Assembly: GCA_963677485.1 (NCBI GenBank)
Contig: OY781964.1
Location: 3,488,001-3,552,000 of the forward strand
Reading direction: 5' to 3'
Length of the DNA: 64,000 nucleotides
Source of the DNA: Armatimonadota bacterium
GTDB lineage: Bacteria > Armatimonadota > HRBIN16
This document shows, piece after piece, positions 29,928 to 40,994 of the stretch. Positions within the stretch are counted from its first letter, which is position 1. Each line of letters starts with the position of its first letter. A model generated the notes under the pieces. The model had not been told where the DNA came from. It was given only the letters and a program-made list of their open reading frames with translations, and searched no databases. The translations under genes were made by a program, and so were the position numbers.

Positions 29928-32093
29928 TTGAAAAACACCGCGTCTTGTGTAGCTGTATGCCTAGCAATACTCATAACGCTAATTCAAATTCCCGTTTCCG
30001 CATACGCCCAGGGAGGCACCGTCGAAGCCTGGTCAGGATTACGAATCCTTCCGGGTGAACAGAACGGCTTTGTCTCCATATCTGCTGGCGGCGTTTACGC
30101 TGGATTGAAGCGTGATGGATCGATTGTATGTTGGGGTTCACAGATAGATAACATGATGAAGGTGCCCGAACCCAACAGTGGTTTCATAGCTGTTTCAGCG
30201 GGTCGTGAGCAGGTAATCGCCCTCCGAAAAAACGGATCTGTGGTGATATGGGGCCGAAATGACTACGGCCAATGTACCGTTCCTGAGCCAAACAGTGGGT
30301 TCGTTGCGGTAAAAGCCGATGCTTATCATAGCAACAATCCACTTTGTATGGGTATCAAGAGTGATGGATCTGTTGTATATTTTAGCGCGGACACCATTTA
30401 CAATATTGTGTTTACCAATCTCGCTTCGGTCTCATCGAGTTCAAACGACTATGGCTCCAACTATTCAATCGGTGTGAAGACTGACGGATCCTTGATATAC
30501 GATGGCTATGGCGGAACCAGTATGGAACCCCTACCACAACCCAATACCAACTTTACCGCAGTATCATGCGGAGCAAGCCATGCTGCTGCCCTAAGAAAAG
30601 ATGGTTCGATCGTCTGCTGGGGAGAGAACGCATACGGCAAATGCTCTGTTCCTGAGCCAAATACCGGCTTTGTGGAAGTAGCAGCCGGCGTTCAGCATAC
30701 CGTAGGACTGAAAAGCGATGGGTCGGTGGTGTGCTGGGGTTCCAACATCTATGGTCAGTGTACACCGCCTGTACCTAACGAAGGGTTTGTCAAAATCTTT
30801 GCGGTTGGCTACGGCACGATTGGCCTTAAGCGAGATGGATCATATGTCTATTGGGGTATCCGTAACCAATATCTGATGCCAGGACGTAATGAGGGTTTCA
30901 CCAAACTGACCTGTGGTGGTGGTTATATTGCCGGAATGAAGCAAGGTGGCAGCCTCACCGTTTGGGGCGGGCACGGGTATGACGTGTATCCCCTGGATGT
31001 CGTTCCATATCCGAACCAAGACTTTATCGATGTGGCGTTAGGTGACCAGCACGCGATTGCCGTGAAGAGTGACGGGTCGGTGGTCACCTGGGGACGCCAT
31101 GACGACGGCGGATGCACTCTACCTTATCCCAATACGGAATTCAAGGCTGTAGCGGCAACCAAGGCTACTAATCAAGCCTATAACTTAGGGCTAAAAAAAG
31201 ATGGTTCTGTGCTGAGCTGGAACACCGGTAACCTGGCAGCTTATAAGATACCTCAGCCTAATTCAGACTTCACAGCGATAGACGCAGGTGACTACCATTT
31301 CCTGGGGTTGAAGAGTGACGGGTCGATAGTCTGTTGGGGGAGTTCAAGCCCCAGCCTTACCACCGTTCCAGAACCAAATACCGATTATGTTGCCATCGCC
31401 GCCGGCAGCTCGCATAATGTGGCATTAAGACGTGATGGCTCTATAGTATGCTGGAGCCAGTATACTTCTGCTGATATATGCACGGTTCCGGAACCAAACC
31501 AGGATTTTGTGGGCATCGCCGCGGGCTATGATTATTCCTATGGCCTCAAGCGTGACGGGTCTGTGGTGGGTTGGGGATCCAACTATGGGACCACATTTGA
31601 AATGCCAGCTAAGGGGCCCGGTGTGATGTCCATCGCTGCGTTTTATCGTAGTTTACTCATGATTCGCAGCCAGCAGAACGTGCCAGGGCAGATCAGTTTG
31701 AGAGGTTTTACTGGCAGCGTGCCATCTCAACGGTTTACGGCCACCATCACCAGTATGGCTAATCCAGCCCTTAGTCAATGCCTTAATCTGCAACCGCAAA
31801 TTGATGGCCGCTATAACCTGTCAACTTACCTGCAACCGCCATACAATATACGTCTAGCCAGCCCTCACTTCCTCACTGCCAAAGCCACAAATGTGGCACC
31901 AGGGCAGAACACCGGTTTTGAGCTGATCAATGGCGATGCCAATGGTGATGGTCTGATCAATCTGTTCGACTACGTGGTTTTGGACTCTCACTTCAACAGC
32001 AATGATCCGATGGCCGATCTTGATGGTGATGGAAGTGTCAACCTGTTCGACTATGTCATCATCGATCAAGGTTTTGGAGCGTTAAGTGAATAA
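29928..32093 (+). CDS. Secreted RCC1/BLIP-II repeat protein with C-terminal dockerin-like domain (paralog 1)
   Basis: Signal peptide, repeated AG..H..GLKxDGSVVCWG.N..GQC, C-terminal GDANGDGLINLFD...DLDGDGSVNLFD. Confidence 0.88.
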   Translation: MKNTASCVAVCLAILITLIQIPVSAYAQGGTVEAWSGLRILPGEQNGFVSISAGGVYAGLKRDGSIVCWGSQIDNMMKVPEPNSGFIAVSAGREQVIALRKNGSVVIWGRNDYGQCTVPEPNSGFVAVKADAYHSNNPLCMGIKSDGSVVYFSADTIYNIVFTNLASVSSSSNDYGSNYSIGVKTDGSLIYDGYGGTSMEPLPQPNTNFTAVSCGASHAAALRKDGSIVCWGENAYGKCSVPEPNTGFVEVAAGVQHTVGLKSDGSVVCWGSNIYGQCTPPVPNEGFVKIFAVGYGTIGLKRDGSYVYWGIRNQYLMPGRNEGFTKLTCGGGYIAGMKQGGSLTVWGGHGYDVYPLDVVPYPNQDFIDVALGDQHAIAVKSDGSVVTWGRHDDGGCTLPYPNTEFKAVAATKATNQAYNLGLKKDGSVLSWNTGNLAAYKIPQPNSDFTAIDAGDYHFLGLKSDGSIVCWGSSSPSLTTVPEPNTDYVAIAAGSSHNVALRRDGSIVCWSQYTSADICTVPEPNQDFVGIAAGYDYSYGLKRDGSVVGWGSNYGTTFEMPAKGPGVMSIAAFYRSLLMIRSQQNVPGQISLRGFTGSVPSQRFTATITSMANPALSQCLNLQPQIDGRYNLSTYLQPPYNIRLASPHFLTAKATNVAPGQNTGFELINGDANGDGLINLFDYVVLDSHFNSNDPMADLDGDGSVNLFDYVIIDQGFGALSE

Positions 32094-32124
32094 CAACATG
32101 TTTACACACAGAGGAGACATCCAC

Positions 32125-34236
32125 GTGAAATGGACACACAGCCGTATGGCAGCATGGGTATGGTCAGCACTAGTCATTGTAATGACGTGCAGCATATGTC
32201 ACGCACAGAGCGGAACGGTAGAGGCATGGGGTCAACGCCGTGTTCTTCCTGGTAATATTCCTGGGCTTACGGCGGTGCTTGCTGGCAAGAGCCATACGGT
32301 CGGGTTGAAAAGCGATGGATCGATAGTGGCTTGGGGAGATAACACATACGGGCAGTGTGATTTCTCTAACTCGACGGAATCTTTCGTGTCGATCGGGGCA
32401 GGGGTGTCGCAAACATATGGGGTGACTCAAGCCGGCACCATCGTTTGTTGGGGCGACAACCATGACCTGTTGTGCAACGTGCCTTCGCCAAACAATGACT
32501 TTACCAAAGTGGTATCCACTGTGGGTTTTGCAGCCGGCCTAAAGCGAAATGGTTCAGTGATATGCTGGTCAATTATGGGGGCCAATGTCAGCGAACCTAA
32601 CAGCGGTTTCATAGACATCATAGCAGGCGACAAATCTATATTTGGCCTAAAGAGCGATGGGTCAGTCGCCATGTTAAGCACACCAATGAATAGCTGGGAT
32701 CTGCCAAATCCGAATACGGACTTCATTGCGATCGCAGCAGGTGACAGGCACCGAGTAGGCCTAAAAAGAGACGGCTCGATCGTTTGCTGGGGCGATGTAT
32801 GGGGCTACAGTGACAAAGGACAGATGATCGTACCGGAACCCAATACGGACTTCGTGGCCGTGGCTGCCGGTGGCGACTACACTGTAGGGCTTAAGCGTGA
32901 TGGTTCCATAGTCTGCTGGGGTGACACCACCTACAATCGGTGCAAAGTGCCCTTACCGAATCATGATTTTGTATCGATATCCTCAATGGGTGGACATTCG
33001 GTCGCCCTCAAGAAGGATGGAACTGTGGCTTGGTGGGGGACCGAATGTAATGTCCCAGTCGTTAACGAGGGTATTAAAGCCATAGCCACAGGCTACGATC
33101 ATGTCGTGATGCTGAAGCAGGACGGTACGGTGGAGTGTATAAGTGCTTTCCCCGATAACATGCCGGCCGTTCCGCTACCTAACAAGAATTTTACCGACGT
33201 CATCGCCGCTAGAAGCTATGCGGCTGGATTGAAATCAGATGGCTCTATCGTCACTTGGGGGAATTTTAGTGCTGCTAGCTCAGTGTCGGGTACCGGCTAT
33301 ACAGCGATCGTAGGCGGAGGGCAACATATCGCCGCGCTAAAGAGCACCGGCGTTGTGAGGAGTTGGGGCGACAACTGGTTAAAACAGACCGAAATTCCAT
33401 CGCCTAATAGTGGTTTCACAGCGATTGCTGCAGGGGAAAATTTCACCCTGGGGTTGAAAACTGATGGTTCGGTGGTTGGCTGGGGTGATAACCTTGCGGA
33501 TCAGTGCACCGTGCCTCAACCTAACCAGGATTTCATGGCCATCGCCGCCGGATATAACCATTCTGCCGGCTTGAAGCGAGACGGATCGATTGTTTGCTGG
33601 GGTGGAAATACCTTTGGTCAGTGCAACATACCAAGCCCTAACCAGGATTTCGTGGCCGTATATGCCAGTGGTGATAACACTGTCGGAATGAAGCGTGATG
33701 GATCTGCCGTTTGCTGGGGTTATGATGTGAATGGTCAAACCCGCGTGCCTGAACCTAACAACGGGTTTATATCTGTCACACCAAGCAAAGGTGCGATTTA
33801 CGCCATCCGCGCGATGCACCCTGTCTCTGGCCAGGTTGTACTTGGAGATTACCTGGGCGATGTATTAAACCGACCACTCATTGCCACAGTGAGCAGCAGC
33901 GTCAATCCTGTACACAGCCAGAAATTCAGCATGTTGCCACAATTGAATGGTGCATATACTCTGTCAAGCTACCTGCTTCCACCATATGACATCTATATAT
34001 CGAGCCCGCATTTTCTTACGGCCAAAGCGGCTAATACGGCCCCGGGGACAGGAGTGAATTTCACGCTCGTGAACGGCGATGCTAACGGTGATGGTCAGAT
34101 CAATCTGTTTGACTATGTGGAACTTGATACCCACTTCGGCGGAAATGATCCGATGGCCGATCTCGACGGCGATGGGGCAGTCAACCTGTTCGACTACGTG
34201 GTCATAGACCAGAACTTCGGAGCAGTCGGAAACTAG
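32125..34236 (+). CDS. RCC1/BLIP-II-dockerin protein (paralog 2)
   Basis: Same architecture; GTG start chosen after GAGGAG. Confidence 0.88.
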   Translation: MKWTHSRMAAWVWSALVIVMTCSICHAQSGTVEAWGQRRVLPGNIPGLTAVLAGKSHTVGLKSDGSIVAWGDNTYGQCDFSNSTESFVSIGAGVSQTYGVTQAGTIVCWGDNHDLLCNVPSPNNDFTKVVSTVGFAAGLKRNGSVICWSIMGANVSEPNSGFIDIIAGDKSIFGLKSDGSVAMLSTPMNSWDLPNPNTDFIAIAAGDRHRVGLKRDGSIVCWGDVWGYSDKGQMIVPEPNTDFVAVAAGGDYTVGLKRDGSIVCWGDTTYNRCKVPLPNHDFVSISSMGGHSVALKKDGTVAWWGTECNVPVVNEGIKAIATGYDHVVMLKQDGTVECISAFPDNMPAVPLPNKNFTDVIAARSYAAGLKSDGSIVTWGNFSAASSVSGTGYTAIVGGGQHIAALKSTGVVRSWGDNWLKQTEIPSPNSGFTAIAAGENFTLGLKTDGSVVGWGDNLADQCTVPQPNQDFMAIAAGYNHSAGLKRDGSIVCWGGNTFGQCNIPSPNQDFVAVYASGDNTVGMKRDGSAVCWGYDVNGQTRVPEPNNGFISVTPSKGAIYAIRAMHPVSGQVVLGDYLGDVLNRPLIATVSSSVNPVHSQKFSMLPQLNGAYTLSSYLLPPYDIYISSPHFLTAKAANTAPGTGVNFTLVNGDANGDGQINLFDYVELDTHFGGNDPMADLDGDGAVNLFDYVVIDQNFGAVGN

Positions 34237-34323
34237 ATCGAAGCAAATAACCGTTCTGAGATGCCGAAAGACAGGTTATCACGATAACTGGCATCTGAAC
34301 CACCAAACTCGGAGGCCGAAATA

Positions 34324-36471
34324 ATGAAACCAGCAGTTCTACAGCTTAGGAACCAGATCGTCTGTGTGATGTCATTCCTCATGCTTGTGCTTGCCTGTGC
34401 CGCTAGTCATGCCCAGGGCGGAACCCTGGAGGCCTGGGGCAATACACGGATACTACCCGGTGAACAGAATGGGTATGTATCGATATCGGTGGGTGGAGTG
34501 ATCGCAGGGCTGAAACGTGACGGCACTATAGATTGCTGGGGTGCGATATATGATTCTATGCTCCATGTGCCTGAACCGAATGCTGACTTCGTGGCGGTAT
34601 CGGCCGGTCGACAGCAAGTGATCGGCCTGAAAAAGGATGGGTCTGTGGTCATATGGGGGGTGAATGACAAAGGCCAGTGCTCAATTCTAGTGCCGAACAA
34701 CCGATTTGTAGCCGTTCAAGCTGACTTGTGGCACTATAATCTACCGTATGTGGCCGGTGTTAAGGACGATGGGGCGGTGGTCTACTTTGGATATACAGTA
34801 GCGCCCAACCAAGCATTGCATGGGGTTGCATCGCTATCATCTAGTTCGAGCTTCTTCTACCCGCCCTATTCGATCGCCCTTAAAATCGACGGTTCACTTG
34901 ACTACGATGGGTATAGAGAAACGCTTCATGCAACCATACCCCTGCCCAATGAGAACTACGTTGCCGTATCCTGCGGAGCCAGACATGCTGCCGCGCTGAA
35001 AAAGGATGGTTCTATAGTCTGTTGGGGTTACGAAGACAGTGGTCTGTGTGATGTTCCGCTGCCGAACACTGATTTTGTTTCAGTGGTCGCAGGCGAAAAC
35101 TACACCGTAGGATTAAAGCGTGATGGTTCTGTAGTCTGCTGGGGAGATAATGGCTATAACCAGTGTACTCCCCCAGAGCCCAATGAAGGGTTTGTCAGTA
35201 TCCACACGCTTGGGTTCGGCACCGTAGGTATTAAACGCGATGGGTCGTGTGTATACTGGGGGAAGCCTAGTCTCTATTTCATCCCGACAGGAAATAGTGG
35301 ATTCACCAAGATAGCGTGCAACATTAACCGCTTGGTGGGGCTTAAAGATGACGGCAGCATCACATGTTGGGGAGATAATGGGCATCCCGAATTAGGCTTG
35401 AACATCGTTCCAGAACCGAATACGGACTTCGTCGACATCTCCGCCGGCTACCAGCATTCCGTAGGGGTGAAGCGCGATGGGTCTGTGGTCTGTTGGGGCA
35501 GCAATGATTATGGACAATGCACGGTACCGCAGCCGAATACTGACTTTGTCTGCGTTCGTGCCACAGTAAACAGCAATAATGGTCTCAAGAAGGACGGCAC
35601 CATAGTCACTTGGGGGCAAGCCGATCCGGTTCCAGCGCCTAATCGAGACTTCACAGCCATCGCCGTCGGTTACAATCACTTCGTCGGATTGAAGAGTGAT
35701 CATAGTGTCGTTTGTTGGGGGAACAACACCGGCATGCAATGCAATGTGCCAACGCCCAACAGCCATTTTGTCGCCATCGCCGCCGGTCAATATCACACTG
35801 TTGGCTTGAAGGATGACGGCACTGTGGTCTGCTGGGGAGCACGCTCCGACGGGCAATGCACAGTTCCCGAGCCCAACCAAGATTTCGTGGCAATAGCAGC
35901 AAGCGACCAAAACAGTGTGGGCCTTAAACGAGACGGTTCGATAGTCGTCTGGGGATCGGACGCCTCCAAGCAATGTACCGTTCCAGAGCCAAACAGCGGT
36001 TTTCAGAACATCGCAGCGGGCTACCATACTGTTTATGGGATCCGAAGCCAACAGTCATTAGCGGGCCGTATTCTGTTGTCTGGATTAGCTGCTGGTGCCC
36101 CGGTTCGTCCAGTGACCGCCATCATCAACAGCACGTCCAATCCCAGCATCACTCAGTGTCAAGATATCAATCCACTATCGGATGGCACATATTCAGTCTT
36201 CAGTTATCTGAAACCACCGTACCAAATAACACTGTCGAGCCCCCATTTTCTCTCAACGAAAGTGACAGGGGTCGCGCCTGGCACGACCCAAAACTTCACG
36301 CTCGTCAACGGTGATGCGAACGGCGACGGTCAGATCAACCTGTTTGACTACGTGGTGCTGGACACACACTTCAACAGCAGCGATCCGATGGCGGACCTCG
36401 ACGGGGACGGGCAGGTGAACCTGTTCGACTATGTGGTCATCGACCAGAACTTCGGAGCGGTAGGCGAGTAA
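34324..36471 (+). CDS. RCC1/BLIP-II-dockerin protein (paralog 3)
   Basis: Same architecture; GGAGG RBS. Confidence 0.88.
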   Translation: MKPAVLQLRNQIVCVMSFLMLVLACAASHAQGGTLEAWGNTRILPGEQNGYVSISVGGVIAGLKRDGTIDCWGAIYDSMLHVPEPNADFVAVSAGRQQVIGLKKDGSVVIWGVNDKGQCSILVPNNRFVAVQADLWHYNLPYVAGVKDDGAVVYFGYTVAPNQALHGVASLSSSSSFFYPPYSIALKIDGSLDYDGYRETLHATIPLPNENYVAVSCGARHAAALKKDGSIVCWGYEDSGLCDVPLPNTDFVSVVAGENYTVGLKRDGSVVCWGDNGYNQCTPPEPNEGFVSIHTLGFGTVGIKRDGSCVYWGKPSLYFIPTGNSGFTKIACNINRLVGLKDDGSITCWGDNGHPELGLNIVPEPNTDFVDISAGYQHSVGVKRDGSVVCWGSNDYGQCTVPQPNTDFVCVRATVNSNNGLKKDGTIVTWGQADPVPAPNRDFTAIAVGYNHFVGLKSDHSVVCWGNNTGMQCNVPTPNSHFVAIAAGQYHTVGLKDDGTVVCWGARSDGQCTVPEPNQDFVAIAASDQNSVGLKRDGSIVVWGSDASKQCTVPEPNSGFQNIAAGYHTVYGIRSQQSLAGRILLSGLAAGAPVRPVTAIINSTSNPSITQCQDINPLSDGTYSVFSYLKPPYQITLSSPHFLSTKVTGVAPGTTQNFTLVNGDANGDGQINLFDYVVLDTHFNSSDPMADLDGDGQVNLFDYVVIDQNFGAVGE

Positions 36472-36552
36472 CAGCAAGTTTGTGGCAGCCGTGATGGCTG
36501 CCACTCCGATCAAGCTTGGGTACGATCCGATAGGGTATGAGGAGATCATTCA

Positions 36553-38697
36553 GTGAGTAATCGCAAACGGACACTCGTTTATTTTGTAGTGTGTATCATG
36601 GCATTCCTGGCGAATGTTACAGCGAATTCAGATGCTTTGGTGCCGAAAGGTACCGTCGAAGTATGGGGTTTTTGGAAGCAGTTACCTGGAGAGATGACGG
36701 GCTTTACTCAGGTATCTGCAGGTGGAAACCACTCCGCTGGCTTGAAACGCGACGGGTCCATCGTCTGTTGGGGTGGTAACGCCTACTTTATGAGTACAGT
36801 GCCTGCGCCAAACAGGGATTTTGTGGCGGTGTCAGCAGGGAGGAACCACACAGTCGGCTTGAAACGCGACGGTAGTGTGGTTTGCTGGGGAGATAATTAT
36901 GAAAAGCAGTGTAATGTGCCAGCACCAAATGCCGACTTTACGGCCATTGCGGCAGGGAATGAATTCACTCTTGGTTTAAAACGCGATGGTTCCATTGTGA
37001 GTTGGGGCTGGAGAGTGGGTGACCTTCCTGTGCCGCTGCCAAATTCGGATTTCGTGGCGATCAGCGCTAAAGCAGATCATGTGGCAGCACTAAGGCGTGA
37101 TGGCACGATCGTATGCTGGGGAACAAACCTCTACGGACAGTGTGATGTGCCGGGTGAGAACGCGGAATTTGTAGCTGTAGCTGTGGGCACCAATGTAACA
37201 GTAGGTCAGAAACGTGATGGTTCTATTGTTGTATGGGGTGATTGCTCACCGGGTTGGGCAAGCCCACCGGAACCGAATCAAGATATCTCGACGATCGCGG
37301 CAGGCTACAACGGACTGGGAGCGGTAAAACGTGATGGTTCCGTTATCTGCTGGGCACTATATCCCGTCATCCTGCCAGTACCAAACAAGGATTTTGTTTC
37401 AGTGCAGATAGGTACTGGGAACTTCGTTGGATTGAAACGCGACGGCACGGTGGTGTGCTGGGGGCCTAATGGCAATGGGCTGCCTACGCCGGATTTTCAT
37501 AATGACGATTTTGTTGATCTTGCTGGTCGTGGATCTTTCTGGCTCGGACTCAGGAGTAATGGCACACTGACTAAAGTGGGGTGGGGCGACGCTATCGATA
37601 AAGTACCGTTAGTGCCTGATCCTAATACAGGATTTGTAGATGTCGTGATGGGTAAGGACGGGGTATTTCTGGGGTTGAAGAAAGATAGCACGATTGCATC
37701 ATGGTATTTGGACCATGTTGGACTCTCACCCATGCCTGTTCCTGAGCCTAATAGCGACTATACAGCAATTGCGGCTGGAAATGTCGTACGGGCAGGCTTA
37801 AAAAAGGACGGCTCAATTGTGTGCTGGGGTGACAATACCTATGGGCAGTGTACTGTCCCATCTCCCAATCAAGACTTCATTGGAGTAGCAGTCGGATATC
37901 GTCATACAGTCGGTTTGAAAAAAGATGGAAAGATAATCTGCTGGGGCAGTGCTGATGATAACGCCCTATCGGTGCCATCACCAAACGCGAATTTCGTCTC
38001 AGTCTATGCGAGTGATACCCACTCGGCTGGTCTGAGGAGTGATGGAACTGTTGCATGCTGGGGCAATAATACAGCGGGCCAGCTTATTGTTCCGGTTCCT
38101 AATGCCGACTTTACCAGTGTCGCGTTGGGTTCGTATACTTCGATTGCATTACGTAAAGACGGAACAGTTGCATGCTGGGGTAACAATGACGGTGGCGCCC
38201 TGAACATTCCTGAACCTAATGGTGGGTTCATCGCTGTTGCCGCAGGTGAAAGCACCGTGGCCGCAATACGTAAAACTCAGTTGATATCGGGTACCATGCA
38301 GCTCAGTAATTTCCTTGGTACTACTGCCAATCACCAATTTTCCACTACTGTGACTAGCCTTGCGACCCCCGGAGTCACACAGTATCCAGTCATGCTGCCT
38401 GGTGATGGTGGTATATATGCGATATCCACCTACCTGCCACCGCCGTATAACGTCCGTGTCGCGAGCCCTCATTTCCTTGCGGCTAAGGCATCCGGTGTGG
38501 CCGCAGGTCAAGCAACCAACTTCCAACTCACTAACGGTGATGCGAACGGCGATGGCCAGATCAACTTGTTTGACTATGTAGTGCTGGACACCCACTTCAA
38601 CAGCAGCGACCCAATGGCCGATCTGGATGGGGACGGCAGCGTCAACCTGTTCGACTATGTGGTTATCGACCAGAGCTTTGGTGCTGTAGGTGAATAA
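36553..38697 (+). CDS. RCC1/BLIP-II-dockerin protein (paralog 4)
   Basis: Same architecture; GAGGAG RBS. Confidence 0.88.
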   Translation: MSNRKRTLVYFVVCIMAFLANVTANSDALVPKGTVEVWGFWKQLPGEMTGFTQVSAGGNHSAGLKRDGSIVCWGGNAYFMSTVPAPNRDFVAVSAGRNHTVGLKRDGSVVCWGDNYEKQCNVPAPNADFTAIAAGNEFTLGLKRDGSIVSWGWRVGDLPVPLPNSDFVAISAKADHVAALRRDGTIVCWGTNLYGQCDVPGENAEFVAVAVGTNVTVGQKRDGSIVVWGDCSPGWASPPEPNQDISTIAAGYNGLGAVKRDGSVICWALYPVILPVPNKDFVSVQIGTGNFVGLKRDGTVVCWGPNGNGLPTPDFHNDDFVDLAGRGSFWLGLRSNGTLTKVGWGDAIDKVPLVPDPNTGFVDVVMGKDGVFLGLKKDSTIASWYLDHVGLSPMPVPEPNSDYTAIAAGNVVRAGLKKDGSIVCWGDNTYGQCTVPSPNQDFIGVAVGYRHTVGLKKDGKIICWGSADDNALSVPSPNANFVSVYASDTHSAGLRSDGTVACWGNNTAGQLIVPVPNADFTSVALGSYTSIALRKDGTVACWGNNDGGALNIPEPNGGFIAVAAGESTVAAIRKTQLISGTMQLSNFLGTTANHQFSTTVTSLATPGVTQYPVMLPGDGGIYAISTYLPPPYNVRVASPHFLAAKASGVAAGQATNFQLTNGDANGDGQINLFDYVVLDTHFNSSDPMADLDGDGSVNLFDYVVIDQSFGAVGE

Positions 38698-38773
38698 TCA
38701 TAGCAACTCTATAATCGCAGCAATATCCGGAACCTCGACCGAGCACAGAACGCAGATCCTTGGAGGCAAATTC

Positions 38774-40912
38774 GTGAACCTAGCGGTAAAGAGACTCTTA
38801 CATCAACCTGCATGGCTGATATCTATCGTGATGATATGCATCTGCTGTGCTGCCGTCTTGGCACAGGGCGGAACAATCGAAACCTGGGGGCGGCAAGCGA
38901 TTGTCCCAGGTGAACTAACAGGGTTTACTGACATTTCGGCTGGTCGATATCACACCGCTGGCCTGAAGTTTGACGGTTCTGTGGCCTGCTGGGGATATAA
39001 CTATTACGGGCAGTGTAATATACCTGCCCATAACCAGCACTTTGCCGAGGTTGCAGCGGGAACAAGCCACACTGTAGGGCTGAAAGATGATGGCTCAGTC
39101 ATCTGCTGGGGTGACAACTACTACGGTCAGTGCAACGTGCCGTTGCCTAACCAAAACTTCATCGCGGTCGCCGCGGGGGAACGCCACTCGATTGGTCTGA
39201 AGAAGGATGGTTCCGTAGTCTGCTGGGGTGACAACACATACACCCAATGCACAGCACCATCGGCTAACAGTGACTTCGTATCGATCGCAGCCGGTTGGTA
39301 CCACTCCGTCGGGCTCAAACGAGATGGATCTATAGTATGTTGGGGTGACAACAACCTCGGGCAGGGCACGGTACCTGCGGATAATAGTGGCTTTATCGCC
39401 ATATCCGCAGGAAATGCGTTGACGGTTGGGTTGAAGAGCGATGGGTCGGTGGTTTGCTGGGGACGAAATAACCTCCAGCAGTGCGTGGTACCTGCACCGA
39501 ATTCGGGATTTGCCAGCATCGCCGCCGGTGCCTTCCACGTGGTTGGGTTGAAGGTGGATGGCACAACGGTATCCTGGGGCGACATGGTGCCTACTCTGAC
39601 CATTGGAGATAATCGCAACTATGCGGCGATATCGGCTGGTGGTGATCATTCGGTCGGGCTGAAACGTGATGGTTCTGTGGTCTGCAAAGGGTGGAACACC
39701 TATGGTGAGTGCAGCGTCCCCAGCCCCAACCAGGGGTTTGTCTCCGTCACCGCAGGTCAGAATCACTCGATCGCCATCCGTAAAGATGGATCCGCGGTCA
39801 GTTGGGGACTAAACACCGACAGGCAGTGTTATGTTCCAGAACCGAACCTGGGATACATCTGTGTATCGGCTGGAACATCACATTCCGCGGCCGTGCGGCG
39901 TGATGGAACGGCTGTGGCATGGGGCAACAATAGCTCCCGACAGTGTGATATCTCTACACCTGGTGTGACATTCAAAGCGATTGCTGCTGGCGATCTGTTC
40001 ACCGTTGGCATCAAGACCGATGGCACCGCTGTCAGTTGGGGTTATAGCGGTGACGATCGAACCTACATGAATAATGTCACAAATGCGAATTTCAAAACGG
40101 TGGCCGCTGGTAATCTTCATAATGTGGCTCTCAGGAACAACAAGACCATAGCTTGCTGGGGCAGTAATGTAAAAGGACAGCTCGATATCCCTGGCACCAA
40201 CCAAGACTTCATAGCGGTAGCCGCTGGAGCTTACCACTCCATGGCTTTGAAGTCTAGTGGTTCAGTTTCTTGTTGGGGCAGCAACACATACGGGCAGTGT
40301 GTGGTTCCCATACCCAACACCGGCTTCATAGCAATCGCCGCCGGCTCTGACCATAGTGTTGGATTGAAAGCGGACGGCACGATAGTGTGCTGGGGAAACA
40401 ACGCTTATGGACAGTGCAATGTGCCGAGTCCGAACAGGGGCTTTATTGCGATCGGCGCGGGTGGAAACTACACACACGGTATCCGCAGCATGGGCCGATT
40501 AACAGGCCATGTCCAACTGAATGACTTCAAGGGTAATGTGTTTACCCAGCAAGTGTATGCCATGGTGAACAGCAAAGCCGATCCTGGAACTACACAGTGC
40601 CTTGGCTTACTGCCGCAAACCGATGGCAGCTTCGGACTGTTTACGACACTCTTACCTCCATATGATATCCGTGTAGTCAGTCCCCACTTCCTCGCTGCGA
40701 AGAGCACCGGTGTTGATTCTACGAGCAGCCTCAACTTCGCTCTAGTCAACGGAGATGCCGACGGCGATAACCAGGTCAACCTGTTCGACATAGTGGTGCT
40801 GGATCAGCATTTCGGCAGCAATGACCCGATGTCCGATCTGGACGGCGACGGGCAAGTGAACCTGTTCGACTACGTGGTCATTGACCAGAACTTCGGCGCG
40901 CAAGGCGAGTAG
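38774..40912 (+). CDS. RCC1/BLIP-II-dockerin protein (paralog 5)
   Basis: Same architecture; GTG start chosen after GGAGG. Confidence 0.88.
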   Translation: MNLAVKRLLHQPAWLISIVMICICCAAVLAQGGTIETWGRQAIVPGELTGFTDISAGRYHTAGLKFDGSVACWGYNYYGQCNIPAHNQHFAEVAAGTSHTVGLKDDGSVICWGDNYYGQCNVPLPNQNFIAVAAGERHSIGLKKDGSVVCWGDNTYTQCTAPSANSDFVSIAAGWYHSVGLKRDGSIVCWGDNNLGQGTVPADNSGFIAISAGNALTVGLKSDGSVVCWGRNNLQQCVVPAPNSGFASIAAGAFHVVGLKVDGTTVSWGDMVPTLTIGDNRNYAAISAGGDHSVGLKRDGSVVCKGWNTYGECSVPSPNQGFVSVTAGQNHSIAIRKDGSAVSWGLNTDRQCYVPEPNLGYICVSAGTSHSAAVRRDGTAVAWGNNSSRQCDISTPGVTFKAIAAGDLFTVGIKTDGTAVSWGYSGDDRTYMNNVTNANFKTVAAGNLHNVALRNNKTIACWGSNVKGQLDIPGTNQDFIAVAAGAYHSMALKSSGSVSCWGSNTYGQCVVPIPNTGFIAIAAGSDHSVGLKADGTIVCWGNNAYGQCNVPSPNRGFIAIGAGGNYTHGIRSMGRLTGHVQLNDFKGNVFTQQVYAMVNSKADPGTTQCLGLLPQTDGSFGLFTTLLPPYDIRVVSPHFLAAKSTGVDSTSSLNFALVNGDADGDNQVNLFDIVVLDQHFGSNDPMSDLDGDGQVNLFDYVVIDQNFGAQGE

Positions 40913-40994
40913 ATGCCGATTGTGTGGCGGCCGTGACGGCCGCCCCGCAGTTTGAACACGATAGTGGACCTATGAAGTGTGAGGAGATCATTCG

